Assembly (NCBI GenBank): GCA_016183435.1 | Contig: JACPEQ010000018.1 | Span: 1 to 47,132 of the forward strand | Length of the DNA stretch: 47,132 bases | Reading direction: 5' to 3' | DNA from: Chloroflexota bacterium | GTDB lineage: Bacteria > Chloroflexota > Limnocylindria > P2-11E | Shown: positions 8,237 to 17,723 of the stretch, piece by piece | How the letters are laid out: each line of letters begins with the position of its first letter | Numbering within the stretch: the first letter of the stretch is position 1 | Translations under genes and position numbers: made by a program | Notes under the pieces: model-generated | Told to the model about the DNA's origin: nothing | What the model saw: the letters and a program-made list of their open reading frames with translations, nothing else | The model's database searches: none

Positions 8237-10654
8237 ATGAGGACGCGGTCCCGGCCGACCGTCCGAACGCCGGCCGGGCTCACGCTCACGGCCCAAGGGG
8301 TCCTCGCGGACTACCGCATCGCGGTCCGCAGCCGCGCCGCCAGCGTGATCGCCCGGCGGGAGGTCCTGACCGGCAAGGCCCCCTTCGGCATCTCGGGCGA
8401 GGGCAAGGAGGTCGCCCAGCTCGCGATGGCCAGGCAGTTCCGCGAGGGCGACTGGCGCTCCGGCTACTACCGGGATCAGACGTTCCACTTCGCCGCGGGG
8501 ATCGCGACGATCCCGCAGTACTTCGCGCAGCTCTACACGGACACGGAGCACGACCCTTTCTCCGCGGGGCGGCAGATGGTCAGCCACTTCGCGACGCGCA
8601 GCATCGACGCGGACGGCGAGTGGCTCCCGATCGCTCGCACGAAGAACAGCGCCGCCGACCTGTCGCCGGTGTCGGCGCAGCTCGGCCGGTCGCTCGGGCT
8701 CGCGTACGCGTCGAAGCTGTACCGGCGCCACGACGGCTTCAGCGGATACGGGCGGGGGAAACTCAGCGCCGACGGCGGGGAGGCGTGCTTCACGACCGTC
8801 GGGAACGCCGGCTGCGCGGAGGGGATCTTCTGGGAGGTCCTGAACGCCGCGGGCGTCCTGCAGGTCCCGCTCGCGATCTCCGTCTGGGACGACGGGTTCG
8901 GGATCTCGGTGCCGAACGACCTGCAGGTCACGAAGGGCTCGATCTCGGAGATCGTCCGCGGGTTCGCCCCGGCGAACGGCGTGCCCGGCGTCGACGTGCA
9001 CGTCGTCCGGGGGTGGGACTACCCCGCGCTCTGCGACACGTACGCGCTCGCGATCGAGAAGGTGCGCCGCGCGCACGCCCCGGCGCTCATCCACGTGACC
9101 GAGATGACGCAGCCGCAGGGACACTCCACCAGCGGCAGCCACGAGCGCTACAAGACGACGGAGCGGCTGCGGTACGAGACGGAGATGGACCCCATCGCCC
9201 GCATGCGCACGTGGATGATGCGCGAGGAGCTCGCGACCGCCGCCGAGCTCGACGACGCGGAGCGCGAGGACCGCCAGTACGTCGAGGGCGTCCGGGCCGA
9301 GGCCTGGCGCGCCTACTCGGAGCCGATCCTCGACGACCGCGAGCGAGTGGTGGCGCTGCTCGAGCGGGCCGCACGCGAGAGCGGGGTCGACGCGCTCGGC
9401 GCGCTCGCGCAGGGCCTCCGCGGCCAGGCCGAGCCGGGACGCCGCTTCGCGCACGTCGCGATCGCGACCGCGCTCCTCGAGCTCCGGGACCGCGACGTGC
9501 CGGTACGCCAGGAGCTGCGCGCCGCGCTGCGCACCCGCGAGGACGCGGACCGCGAGCGCTTCACGACGCACCTGTACAGCACGTCGGCCCGGTCGCCGCT
9601 CCGCGTGACCGAGACGGCGCCCGCGTACGCCGCCGATGCCGAACAGGCCGACGGACGCGTCGTCCTCGTTCGCTGCTTCGACGAGCTCCTGTCGCGCGAC
9701 CCGCGCGTGTTCGTCATCGGCGAGGACGTGGGCAAGCTCGGGGACGTGAACCTCGTGTTCGAGGGCCTGCAGCAGAAGCACGGCGACCTGCGTCTCACCG
9801 ACACCGGCATCCGCGAGGCGACGATCCTCGGGCAGGGCATCGGCGCGGCGATGCGCGGCCTGCGGCCGATCGTGGACATCCAGTACCTCGACTACCTGCT
9901 GTACGCGCTGCAGCTGGCGTCCGACGACCTTGCCACGCTGCGCTACCGCACCGCGGGCCGCCAGATGGCGCCGGTGGTCATCCGCACGAAGGGCCACCGT
10001 CTCCAGGGGATCTGGCACACGGGATCGCCGATGTCGCTGCTGCTCGGCTCGCTCGCCGGTGTCCGGATCTGCGTTCCGCGGAACATGACGCAGGCCGCGG
10101 GCATGTACAACACGCTCTTCGAGAGCGACGATCCGGCGCTCGTCATCGAGGTGCTCTCCGGCTACCGTCTGAAGGAGCGGATGCCCTCGAACATCGGGCA
10201 GATGCGCATCCCGCTCGGCGTGCCGGAGGTGATCCGACCGGGACGCGACCTCACCCTCGTGACGTACGGCGCGTGCTGCCGGTCCGCGCTCGAGGCGGCG
10301 ACGGAGCTCGCGACGCTCGGCGTGGAGGTCGAGGTGATCGACCTCCGGACGCTCGATCCGCTCGACCTGCGCGGTGTGATGGGCGCGTCGATCGAGCGCA
10401 CCGGGGCGCTCGTCGTCGTGGACGAGGACCTGCCGGGCGGCGCCTCGGCGCACATCCTTCGCCATGCGCTCGAGGTGCAGCGCGCGCAGGATCGGCTGGA
10501 GGTGCCGGCGCGCACGCTCACGGCGACCGCCAACCGGAGCCCGGTCGGGCAGGACGGCGACTTCTACACGAAGCCGAACACGACGGACATCGTCCGCGCG
10601 GCGTACGCCATCGCACGCGAGCGCGACCCGCGGCGCTTCGGGGAGGTCTGGTGA
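8237..10654 (+). CDS. 2-oxoacid dehydrogenase E1 component, fused alpha/beta subunits (TPP-dependent)
   Basis: 805 aa from ATG 8237. The N-terminal half is E1-alpha-like (GNAGCAEGIFWEVLNAAGVLQVPLAISVWDDGFGISVP). The C-terminal half is E1-beta/transketolase-like (FVIGEDVGKLGDVNLVFEGLQQKHG, DLRTLDPLD). Confidence 0.85.
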   Translation: MRTRSRPTVRTPAGLTLTAQGVLADYRIAVRSRAASVIARREVLTGKAPFGISGEGKEVAQLAMARQFREGDWRSGYYRDQTFHFAAGIATIPQYFAQLYTDTEHDPFSAGRQMVSHFATRSIDADGEWLPIARTKNSAADLSPVSAQLGRSLGLAYASKLYRRHDGFSGYGRGKLSADGGEACFTTVGNAGCAEGIFWEVLNAAGVLQVPLAISVWDDGFGISVPNDLQVTKGSISEIVRGFAPANGVPGVDVHVVRGWDYPALCDTYALAIEKVRRAHAPALIHVTEMTQPQGHSTSGSHERYKTTERLRYETEMDPIARMRTWMMREELATAAELDDAEREDRQYVEGVRAEAWRAYSEPILDDRERVVALLERAARESGVDALGALAQGLRGQAEPGRRFAHVAIATALLELRDRDVPVRQELRAALRTREDADRERFTTHLYSTSARSPLRVTETAPAYAADAEQADGRVVLVRCFDELLSRDPRVFVIGEDVGKLGDVNLVFEGLQQKHGDLRLTDTGIREATILGQGIGAAMRGLRPIVDIQYLDYLLYALQLASDDLATLRYRTAGRQMAPVVIRTKGHRLQGIWHTGSPMSLLLGSLAGVRICVPRNMTQAAGMYNTLFESDDPALVIEVLSGYRLKERMPSNIGQMRIPLGVPEVIRPGRDLTLVTYGACCRSALEAATELATLGVEVEVIDLRTLDPLDLRGVMGASIERTGALVVVDEDLPGGASAHILRHALEVQRAQDRLEVPARTLTATANRSPVGQDGDFYTKPNTTDIVRAAYAIARERDPRRFGEVW

Positions 10655-11637
10655 TGGTCGAGAAGACGAACGTGCAGGCGGTCCACGACACGCTGCTCGA
10701 GGAGTTCCGCCGCGACGACCGGGTCATGATCCTCGGCGAGGACGTCGGCAAGCGGGGCGGCGTCTTCCGCGTGACCGACGGGTTCATCGAGGAGTTCGGG
10801 CCGCACCGCGTCCTCGACATGCCGCTCGCCGAGGCGTCGATCGTCGGCGTCGCGATCGGGCTCGCGCTGGCGGGCTTCCGGCCGATCGCGGAGATGCAGT
10901 TCGCGGACTTCTCGACCCCCGCGTTCGATCAGATCGTGCAGGAGGCGGCGCGCATCCGGTATCGCTCCAACGGCCAATGGGGTGTCCCGATGGTCGTGCG
11001 CATGCCGTGGGGCGCCGGCGTGCGCGGTGCGCTGTACCACTCGCAGTCGGTCGAGGCGTTCTACGCGCACGTTCCGGGCCTCAAGGTCGTCGCCCCGAGC
11101 ACACCCGCGGACATCACCGGGATGCTGCGATCGGCGATCCGCGACCCCGACCCGGTGATCTTCCTGGAGCACAAGGCGACGTATCGTGCCGTCCGCGGGG
11201 ACGTGCCCGACGGCGATCAGACGATCCCGCTCGGCACCGCGGACCTCAAGCGCGAGGGGACCGACATCACCGTGTTCGCGTACGGGCTGATGCTGCACCA
11301 TTGCCTGAGGGCGGCGGAGACGCTGGCCGGGGAGGGGATCTCCGTCGCGGTGGTCGACGTGCGCAGCCTGCGTCCGCTGGACGCGGCAACGATCGTGCGC
11401 GAGGCGCGGAGGACGGGGAAGTGCCTCGTCGTCTACGAGGACAATCGGATGTTCGGTGCCGGCGCCGAGATCGCCGCGCTCATCGCCGAGGAGGCGTTCG
11501 ACGACCTCGACGCTCCGGTGATGCGGTACGGTGGACCGGAGTCACCCGCGACGCCGTTCAACAAGCCACAGGAAGACGCATTCATGCCGGATCCCGAGCG
11601 GATCGCGCAGAAGATGCGCGACCTCGCCGCGTACTAG
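10654..11637 (+). CDS. alpha-ketoacid dehydrogenase E1 subunit beta
   Basis: MVEKTNVQAVHDTLLEEFRRDDRVMILGEDVGKRGGVFRVTDGF, then VDVRSLRPLD. ATG 10654 overlaps the upstream TGA by 1 nt. It is the real part of track ORF 8620..11637. Confidence 0.9.
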   Translation: MVEKTNVQAVHDTLLEEFRRDDRVMILGEDVGKRGGVFRVTDGFIEEFGPHRVLDMPLAEASIVGVAIGLALAGFRPIAEMQFADFSTPAFDQIVQEAARIRYRSNGQWGVPMVVRMPWGAGVRGALYHSQSVEAFYAHVPGLKVVAPSTPADITGMLRSAIRDPDPVIFLEHKATYRAVRGDVPDGDQTIPLGTADLKREGTDITVFAYGLMLHHCLRAAETLAGEGISVAVVDVRSLRPLDAATIVREARRTGKCLVVYEDNRMFGAGAEIAALIAEEAFDDLDAPVMRYGGPESPATPFNKPQEDAFMPDPERIAQKMRDLAAY

Positions 11638-11739
11638 TCTGATCCCTACTCGCTTCGCCGCCTTCGGCTGCTCCGCTCGTGGGGGCCGGGTACGGCAGCT
11701 CGGTCAGGCGAAGCCTGACCTCGCATCGGAGGAACACGT

Positions 11740-13044
11740 ATGGCCGTATTCGAGCTGAAGATGCCCAAGCTCGGTGAGTCCGTCACCGAGGGCACGATCG
11801 GCAAGTGGCTGAAGAACGCCGGCGACAAGGTCGAGAAGTACGACCTCCTCGTCGAGGTACAGACGGACAAGGTGAACACCGAGATCCCCTCCGAGGTGTC
11901 CGGCACGCTCAAGGAGATCAAGGTCAAGGAAGGCGAGACCGTCCCAGTGGGCGCCCTGCTCGCCGTGTTCGAGACCGCCGAGGGCGCTGCGCGGACAGGG
12001 GCCCCTACCCCTGAGGCGGCGGCCGCGAAGCAGGTCCAGCCGCAGCCCGCGCCCACGATGGCCGCGCCATCGGGCGACGGCCGTGTGGCCGCGGCGACGG
12101 CGGTGCGCGAGGCGGCGCGGAGCGGCGTCGCGGCCGAGGACATCCGCGCGACGCCCGCGGTCCGCAAGCTCGCGGCGGAGCACAACATCGACCTCGGGCG
12201 CATCCAGGGGACGGGCCTGAACGGCCGCGTCTCGCGCAGGGACGTCGAGGACGCGATCGCCCAGCTGCAGGCCGGCGGCGGCCGCGCGCCCGCGCCCGCC
12301 GCGCCACCGGCCGCGCCGGCGCCTCCCGCGTACGCGCCGAGCTCCGGCGATCGGCCGGTAAGGCTCACGCAGATGCGCCGCGCGATCGCCGACAACATGA
12401 TGCGGGCGTGGACGGCCCCGCACGCGCACGCGGTCATGGAGATCGACATGACCGACCTCATGAAGTACCGGGAGCAGGTCCGCGGCGACTTCAAGGCCCG
12501 CGAGGGCTTCGACCTGTCGCCCGCGGCGTTCATCGTGAAGGCGGCGGTCGAGGCGCTGCGCGCGGTCCCGCTCGTGAACGCGAGCTGGAGCGATCAGGGG
12601 ATCGTCCTGCACGGCGCGGTCAACGTCGGCTACGCCGTCGCGCTCGGCGACGAGGGCCTCGTGGTGCCGGTCATCAAGGCCGCCGACGAGAAGAGCATCG
12701 CCGGCCTCATGCGGGCCATCCGCGACGCCGTCGATCGCGCGAAGGCGAAGAAGCTCACGTTCGACGACTTCTCGGGTGGCACCTTCACCGTCAACAACAC
12801 CGGCCCACTCGGCACCATCGTGTCGAGTCCGATCGTGCCGCCGGGTCAGGCCGCGATCTGCTCGAGCGAGTCGATCGTCAAGCGGCTCGTCGTCCTCGAC
12901 GACGACACCATCGCGATCCGCCACCGGATGAACCTCGTCATCGGCTTCGACCACCGGGTCGTCGACGGCGCGACCGCCGCGCGCTTCCTGCAGACCATGC
13001 GCGACTGGCTCGAGGCCGTGGGCCCAGGGGTCACCGTCTACTAA
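11740..13044 (+). CDS. dihydrolipoamide acyltransferase (E2 component)
   Basis: Lipoyl domain with [14 protein letters not shown], Ala/Pro linker, E3/E1-binding domain [16 protein letters not shown], catalytic DHRVVDG. GGAGGA Shine-Dalgarno sequence 7 nt upstream. Confidence 0.92.
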   Translation: MAVFELKMPKLGESVTEGTIGKWLKNAGDKVEKYDLLVEVQTDKVNTEIPSEVSGTLKEIKVKEGETVPVGALLAVFETAEGAARTGAPTPEAAAAKQVQPQPAPTMAAPSGDGRVAAATAVREAARSGVAAEDIRATPAVRKLAAEHNIDLGRIQGTGLNGRVSRRDVEDAIAQLQAGGGRAPAPAAPPAAPAPPAYAPSSGDRPVRLTQMRRAIADNMMRAWTAPHAHAVMEIDMTDLMKYREQVRGDFKAREGFDLSPAAFIVKAAVEALRAVPLVNASWSDQGIVLHGAVNVGYAVALGDEGLVVPVIKAADEKSIAGLMRAIRDAVDRAKAKKLTFDDFSGGTFTVNNTGPLGTIVSSPIVPPGQAAICSSESIVKRLVVLDDDTIAIRHRMNLVIGFDHRVVDGATAARFLQTMRDWLEAVGPGVTVY

Positions 13045-13045
13045 T

Positions 13046-13079
13046 GGGGGTGGAAGGGGGCGCAGCCCCCTGCGAGGGA
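13046..13079 (+). repeat. repeat family 2 (G/C hairpin element), copy 1
   Basis: gggggtggaagggggcgcagccccctgcgaggga, with a 7-bp stem AGGGGGC/GCCCCCT. Near-identical copy at 29624-29659. Confidence 0.8.
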
Positions 13080-13081
13080 TA

Positions 13082-14026
13082 GTGGCTGATCTGGCACCGA
13101 TCCGCTTCGAGGTCCCCGGCGAGGTCGAGCGGCCGCGTTCTCGCGGTCGCGGGCCGACCAACACCGTGGTGCCGGTCGACCGGCAGCGTCCGGAGTGGCT
13201 GAAGGTCCGCCTGCCGATGGGCCCGCAGGTGGAGCAGCTGCGCCGCCTCATGCGGTCGAAGTCGCTGCACACGGTCTGCGAAGAGGCGCACTGCCCGAAC
13301 ATGGCCGAGTGCTGGGGCGCCGGCACCGCGACGTTCATGATCCTCGGCGACACGTGCACGCGGTCGTGCGGGTTCTGCGCGGTGAAGACCGGCCGCCCGA
13401 TGGAGCTCGACCCCGAGGAGCCGGCGCACGTCGGCGACGCGGTCGCGCGGATGCGGCTCGGTCACGCCGTGGTCACGAGCGTGAACCGCGACGAGCTCCC
13501 CGACGGCGGCGCCTCCGTCTTCGCCGAGACGATCCGCGAGATCCGGCGCCGTTCTCCCGGCACGACCGTGGAGGTGCTGACGCCGGACTTCCGCGGCCAC
13601 GGCGACGCGCTGGACGTCGTGCTGGCCGCGCGGCCGGAGGTGATGGCCCACAACGTCGAGACCGTCCCGCGCCTGTACGCGCGCGTGCGGCCGCAGGCGG
13701 TGTACGAACGATCGCTCGAGGTGCTGCGCCGGACGTGCGAGCGCGCGCCGGACCTCGTGTGCAAGACCGGGATCATGGTCGGGCTCGGCGAGACGGAGGA
13801 CGAGGTGCTCGCGACGATGCGCGACATCCGCGCGCAGGGGACGGACGTCCTCACCATCGGCCAGTACCTGCGGCCGTCGCCGATGCACCTCCCGATCGAG
13901 CGGTACTGGTCGCCCGAGGAGTTCGCGGGCTTCCGCGAGGCCGGGATGGCCATGGGCTACCGCCACGTCGAGTCCGGGCCGCTGGTCCGCAGCTCGTACC
14001 ACGCCGAGCGCCACGTGAATGTCTGA
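13082..14026 (+). CDS. lipA: lipoyl synthase
   Basis: [13 protein letters not shown] and [10 protein letters not shown] radical-SAM / auxiliary cluster cysteine motifs. GTG start. Confidence 0.93.
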   Translation: MADLAPIRFEVPGEVERPRSRGRGPTNTVVPVDRQRPEWLKVRLPMGPQVEQLRRLMRSKSLHTVCEEAHCPNMAECWGAGTATFMILGDTCTRSCGFCAVKTGRPMELDPEEPAHVGDAVARMRLGHAVVTSVNRDELPDGGASVFAETIREIRRRSPGTTVEVLTPDFRGHGDALDVVLAARPEVMAHNVETVPRLYARVRPQAVYERSLEVLRRTCERAPDLVCKTGIMVGLGETEDEVLATMRDIRAQGTDVLTIGQYLRPSPMHLPIERYWSPEEFAGFREAGMAMGYRHVESGPLVRSSYHAERHVNV

Positions 14027-14765
14027 CGTGCTCATCGCGACGTGGCTCGGCCGCGTCGCGTACGTCGACGGATGGCGGCTGCAGGAGGCCGTGGCGACGC
14101 GCGTGCGGTCCGGCGGACCCGATCGCCTCCTGCTCCTGGAGCACGACCCCGTGTACACGATCGGGCGGCGGGGGTCGGTGGCGAACCTCACGGCGCCGCC
14201 TGCCGAGCTGCGCGCGCACGGCGCGAGCGCGTACCGCGTCGACCGCGGCGGGGACATCACCTATCACGGACCCGGTCAGCTCGTCGCGTATCCGGTCGTC
14301 GCGCTCGGGGATGCGCCGGACCTCGTCGGGTACGTCCGCGCGATCGAGGCCGCGCTCATCGACGCGCTCGAGGGCTACGACGTGGCCGCGCGGCGGATCG
14401 ATCGGAAGACCGGCGTGTGGGTCGACCTGCCGGGCGGTGTCCTCGCGAAGATCGCGGCGATCGGGGTGCGCGTGTCGCGCGGCGTGTCGAGTCACGGTCT
14501 TGCGCTGAACGTCTCGACCGACCTCTCGGCCTTCGCCCGGATGATCCCGTGCGGCTTCGCGCACGAGGTCGCTTCGCTCGAGCGCCTCGGCGTCCACGCG
14601 ACCGTCGGAGAGGTGGGAGAGCGCGTGGCGCGGGCGTTCGCGCGGCGGTTCGGCCGCGACCTGGCGTGGGAGCGGGACATCGCGGCCCCGCGTGAGGCGG
14701 AGGTCCCCGTCGACGCCCCCGTGCGCGCCGCGGCGGACCTGCTTGGGGAGGCGCTGGCGTCCTGA
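14019..14765 (+). CDS. lipB: lipoyl(octanoyl) transferase
   Basis: [56 protein letters not shown]. Overlaps the lipA end by 8 nt. Confidence 0.9.
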   Translation: MSDVLIATWLGRVAYVDGWRLQEAVATRVRSGGPDRLLLLEHDPVYTIGRRGSVANLTAPPAELRAHGASAYRVDRGGDITYHGPGQLVAYPVVALGDAPDLVGYVRAIEAALIDALEGYDVAARRIDRKTGVWVDLPGGVLAKIAAIGVRVSRGVSSHGLALNVSTDLSAFARMIPCGFAHEVASLERLGVHATVGEVGERVARAFARRFGRDLAWERDIAAPREAEVPVDAPVRAAADLLGEALAS

Positions 14766-14833
14766 GGCTGCTGATCCGCGAGGGCCCCGCGACCGAGCTC
14801 ACCGTCGCGACGAGGATCCTCGCGCACCTCGGC

Positions 14834-15184
14834 GTGCTCGCTGAGGACGGCAGGGTCGCGCTCGTGGTCGGCAGCGAGGTCGTGTACGCGGGGGGACGTG
14901 AGGCGAGCGCGGCGACGATGACGCCGTATGACGTCGCCGCTGTGCGGCTCGCCGACGGGCTGGAGCTCGCCGGACGGCCACCCGCCGACCTGGACCGCTA
15001 CCTCGACGCGCTCCGGCGTGACCCGTCGGCGCGGGCGACGGCGCTCACCGCGAGCGGCGAGATGGCCACGGCTGCGGACGCGGTCGGTCTGGTGGAGACC
15101 CTCAGTGGGATGCGCTGGGCCGAGGCGGAGGTCCGGACCAGAGCCGGCGGTGGACTGGTCGGCGCGTACCCGGGCGGGCAGTGA
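14834..15184 (+). CDS. hypothetical protein
   Basis: High GC3. The frame is open from 14765 with CTG codons at 14768/14771, so the true start may be upstream of GTG 14834. Faint class II aldolase N-terminal resemblance only. Confidence 0.45.
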   Translation: MLAEDGRVALVVGSEVVYAGGREASAATMTPYDVAAVRLADGLELAGRPPADLDRYLDALRRDPSARATALTASGEMATAADAVGLVETLSGMRWAEAEVRTRAGGGLVGAYPGGQ

Positions 15185-15270
15185 GGGGCCGGGCGGTACC
15201 GGCGTACCAGGGGAGGGGCCGTCCGGCTCATTGCGCGCTCCACCTGGCGCGAGGAACAGTTGACACGGTG

Positions 15271-15471
15271 ATGAACGGTCTGCTCCGGGCGCTCAAGCGC
15301 AAGGACGATGAGCCTGCGGTCGAGACGCTCGACGTCGACACGCTCAAGAGCCGTATCGGCGAGCCGCTCCCGCCGAAGACGCCCGCTCCGGAGCCCGCCG
15401 AGTACGTCCGTACCGACAGCCGGTCGAAAGAAGAGCGCAGCTGGCGGAAGGTGGCCGGACTCCCCCGATAG
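15271..15471 (+). CDS. small hypothetical protein (66 aa)
   Basis: ATG 15271 within track ORF 15181..15471. Charged, Pro-rich. Weak support. Confidence 0.3.
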   Translation: MNGLLRALKRKDDEPAVETLDVDTLKSRIGEPLPPKTPAPEPAEYVRTDSRSKEERSWRKVAGLPR

Positions 15472-15484
15472 CTCGGCGGCGTCC

Positions 15485-15766
15485 CTAGCCCGGCGGATCC
15501 AGGCTCGGCGGACGCTCCGGCTCCGCGCCCTCAGGCACGATCTGGCCGCTGGTCCCGTAGACCTTCTTGCGGCGTTTGCGCTTCTCGAACGGCGTGCGCA
15601 CGTCGAAGCCGAGCTGGAACTGCGTCGCGGCGTGCAGGAGCGCGTCCGGCGGCTCGAGGCCGGTCACCCGCACGAGGTCGTCGTAGAGACGGTCGAACCG
15701 CTCCTTGTCCTCGTCCGAGCGGACGACGTCGGGATACGCCGGCGCTCGTAGTCGGTCAGTCGGCAC
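15485..15766 (-). CDS. hypothetical protein (93 aa)
   Basis: In-frame GTG at 15766 overlaps the end of the GYD gene by 11 nt. Basic KRKRRKK patch. No family recognised. Confidence 0.45.
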   Translation of the reverse strand: MPTDRLRAPAYPDVVRSDEDKERFDRLYDDLVRVTGLEPPDALLHAATQFQLGFDVRTPFEKRKRRKKVYGTSGQIVPEGAEPERPPSLDPPG

Positions 15767-16061
15767 TGCGTCCCTTGCGCCCGATCGCGCGGATGAACGT
15801 CTCGACCGGCATGGCCGGGAGCGTCTCGATGTGCACCGTTCCACGCGCGCCGAGGTTCGCCGAGACCTTCGCGATGGTCTCGTTGTCCTTGGCTTCGACG
15901 ATGTTCACGAAGTCGTAGCGGCCCAGCGTCGCGTACTGCGCGACGATCCGGCAGCCGAGCGACTCGATCTCCCGGTTGACCTCCTTGATGCGGCGCGGGT
16001 TCGACTGGATCGTCTTGACGCCCGCGGACGTGACCCGGGTGAGCAGGACGTACGTCGCCAT
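15756..16061 (-). CDS. GYD domain-containing protein
   Basis: MATYVLLTRVTSAGVKTIQSNPRRIKEVNREIESLGCRIVAQYATLGRYDFVNIVEA matches the GYD family pattern. ATG 16061. Confidence 0.8.
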   Translation of the reverse strand: MATYVLLTRVTSAGVKTIQSNPRRIKEVNREIESLGCRIVAQYATLGRYDFVNIVEAKDNETIAKVSANLGARGTVHIETLPAMPVETFIRAIGRKGRSAD

Positions 16062-16102
16062 GTGCGCCTCCCTCGGCCGCCGTGCGGCGGCAGAATGAGG
16101 AT

Positions 16103-16432
16103 ATGCCGCGGTTCGCGCGCGACGAGGCCGAGGCGATACTCCCCAAGGTCGTGCCATACCTCGAGGACATCCACCGGCGGAAGCGGGCGTTCGATCGGAA
16201 CCCGACGGAGCCCCTCGCGGCCGAGATCCGCGCGCTGATCCGCTCGGTCGCGGAGATGGGCGTCGAGGTCAAGAGCCTCGACGACGGGCTGATCGACTTC
16301 CCGGCGGAGCGGCGCGGGCGTGAGATCTACCTGTGCTGGAAGCTCGGCGAGGGCGAACGGATCTCGTGGTGGCACGAGGTCGACACGGGCTTCGCCGGGC
16401 GACGCCCGATCACGGAGCTGTACGAGAACTGA
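16103..16432 (+). CDS. DUF2203 domain-containing protein
   Basis: EIYLCWKLGEGERISWWHEVDTGFAGRRPI is typical of DUF2203. ATG 16103. Confidence 0.7.
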   Translation: MPRFARDEAEAILPKVVPYLEDIHRRKRAFDRNPTEPLAAEIRALIRSVAEMGVEVKSLDDGLIDFPAERRGREIYLCWKLGEGERISWWHEVDTGFAGRRPITELYEN

Positions 16433-16464
16433 CGGCACGTCCCCTCTTGCGCCTGCGCAACGTG

Positions 16465-17376
16465 ATGCCGCATACATCTCCCATGGATCCAACGGAGCTC
16501 GCTTGGGCGGCAGGATTCTGGGATGGCGAAGGCTGGGCGAATCTCGTGCGCTGCGGACGCGGTGAACTGGTGCGACCGATGGGACGCATCAACCAGTCCG
16601 ATGTCCTGGGGGTCCCGGTAGCGCTCGCTCGATTCCGCAACGCGACCGGTCTCGGGACGGTCAGCGGTCCGCATCTCCAGAACGGACGCGAGCCGATCTA
16701 CCGATGGGTGATCTCCAGTCGGCCCGACGTGGAACGCCTTGGTCAGCTACTGGGTCCGTGGCTCGGGGACGTGAAGCGTCGTCAACTCGAGCAGTCGACC
16801 GGTGCTCGCCTGGAGCACGCCTCGTGGAGCGACCTCACGCCTAATGAGCGGCGCGCCTGGGGCGCTGGTCTGTGGGACGGCGAGGGATCTGTGTGCCTGC
16901 TGAGGCATCGAACTCACGACGGCTACTTCGTGCCGGAGGCCTCCGTCACGCAGTCATCGGATCAAGGTGTTCCCGAGGTGCTCATGAGGCTCGGGTCGAT
17001 CGGGCCGCCCGGCTTCGTCTACGGGCCGTTCCCTCAGGAGCAGCCGTACCTGCCCGTCTATCGCTGGAAGCTCTTCCGACTGCAGGAGATCCAAACCCTG
17101 CTCGGTCTCCTCAGGCCTTGGCTCGGTCCCGTGAAGATCGAACAGGCTGAGCACGTTGTCTCCGTTGTCGAAGCACAACTGAAGTTGCCGCGCGGGAATC
17201 CCGCGTGGGGATCGCACAAGACGCATTGCCTGCGAGGCCACGAATACGCGATCGCGCGTGTTCGCCCCTTCCGGGGACGAGGCACCAACGCCGACGCGCC
17301 TCGTGCGTCACATCAGTGTCTCGCGTGCGTGAGAGACGCGGCTCGTCGCCGGCGACAAGGAAAGAACGACGGCTGA
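16465..17376 (+). CDS. LAGLIDADG-type homing endonuclease-like protein with C-terminal Cys/His zinc-ribbon-like tail
   Basis: Two LAGLIDADG-like motifs: LAWAAGFWDGEGW and RAWGAGLWDGEGSV, about 125 aa apart. C-terminal HCLRGHEY...HQCLACV. GC visibly lower than the flanks. Confidence 0.7.
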   Translation: MPHTSPMDPTELAWAAGFWDGEGWANLVRCGRGELVRPMGRINQSDVLGVPVALARFRNATGLGTVSGPHLQNGREPIYRWVISSRPDVERLGQLLGPWLGDVKRRQLEQSTGARLEHASWSDLTPNERRAWGAGLWDGEGSVCLLRHRTHDGYFVPEASVTQSSDQGVPEVLMRLGSIGPPGFVYGPFPQEQPYLPVYRWKLFRLQEIQTLLGLLRPWLGPVKIEQAEHVVSVVEAQLKLPRGNPAWGSHKTHCLRGHEYAIARVRPFRGRGTNADAPRASHQCLACVRDAARRRRQGKNDG

Positions 17377-17408
17377 TGCCGCCGTCCTCGCTCACGTCGG
17401 TTCCGTGA

Positions 17409-17651
17409 CTACTTGTCGAAATAAACCTTGTTGATCTCGATGTAGTTCTTCCACTTCTCGGGCACGGCGTCCTCGGGGAAGATCGCGCTCACTGGACACA
17501 CTGACTCGCACGCACCGCAGTCGATGCATTCGTCGGGATGGATGAAGTACATCTTGTCCGCGTCCGTCGTATAGATACAGTCAACGGGACACACATCGAC
17601 GCATGAAGCGTCCTTCACATCGATGCACGGTTCCGTGATCACGTAGGTCAT
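17409..17651 (-). CDS. fdxA: 7Fe ferredoxin (3Fe-4S plus 4Fe-4S)
   Basis: [27 protein letters not shown]...[21 protein letters not shown]: Cx7Cx3CP plus CxxCxxCxxxCP. ATG 17651. Confidence 0.9.
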   Translation of the reverse strand: MTYVITEPCIDVKDASCVDVCPVDCIYTTDADKMYFIHPDECIDCGACESVCPVSAIFPEDAVPEKWKNYIEINKVYFDK

Positions 17652-17723
17652 CTGAGCAGCACTCCCTCTATCACCCGCGGTGCGAGCGCGATCTCGGCGC
17701 AAGGCTATCATCGGCTCGCGTTC

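Noticed and set aside
7952-10465. 837-aa minus-strand ORF antisense to the fused E1 gene. Similar giant ORFs occur at 43239..45950 (-), 36444..39428 (-), 3512..5305 (-) and 24065..24967 (-).
   Set aside because: These are typical high-GC shadow ORFs. The translations are Arg/Ala/Pro/Gly-rich low-complexity sequence with no motifs, and the opposite strand carries genes with clear family signatures.
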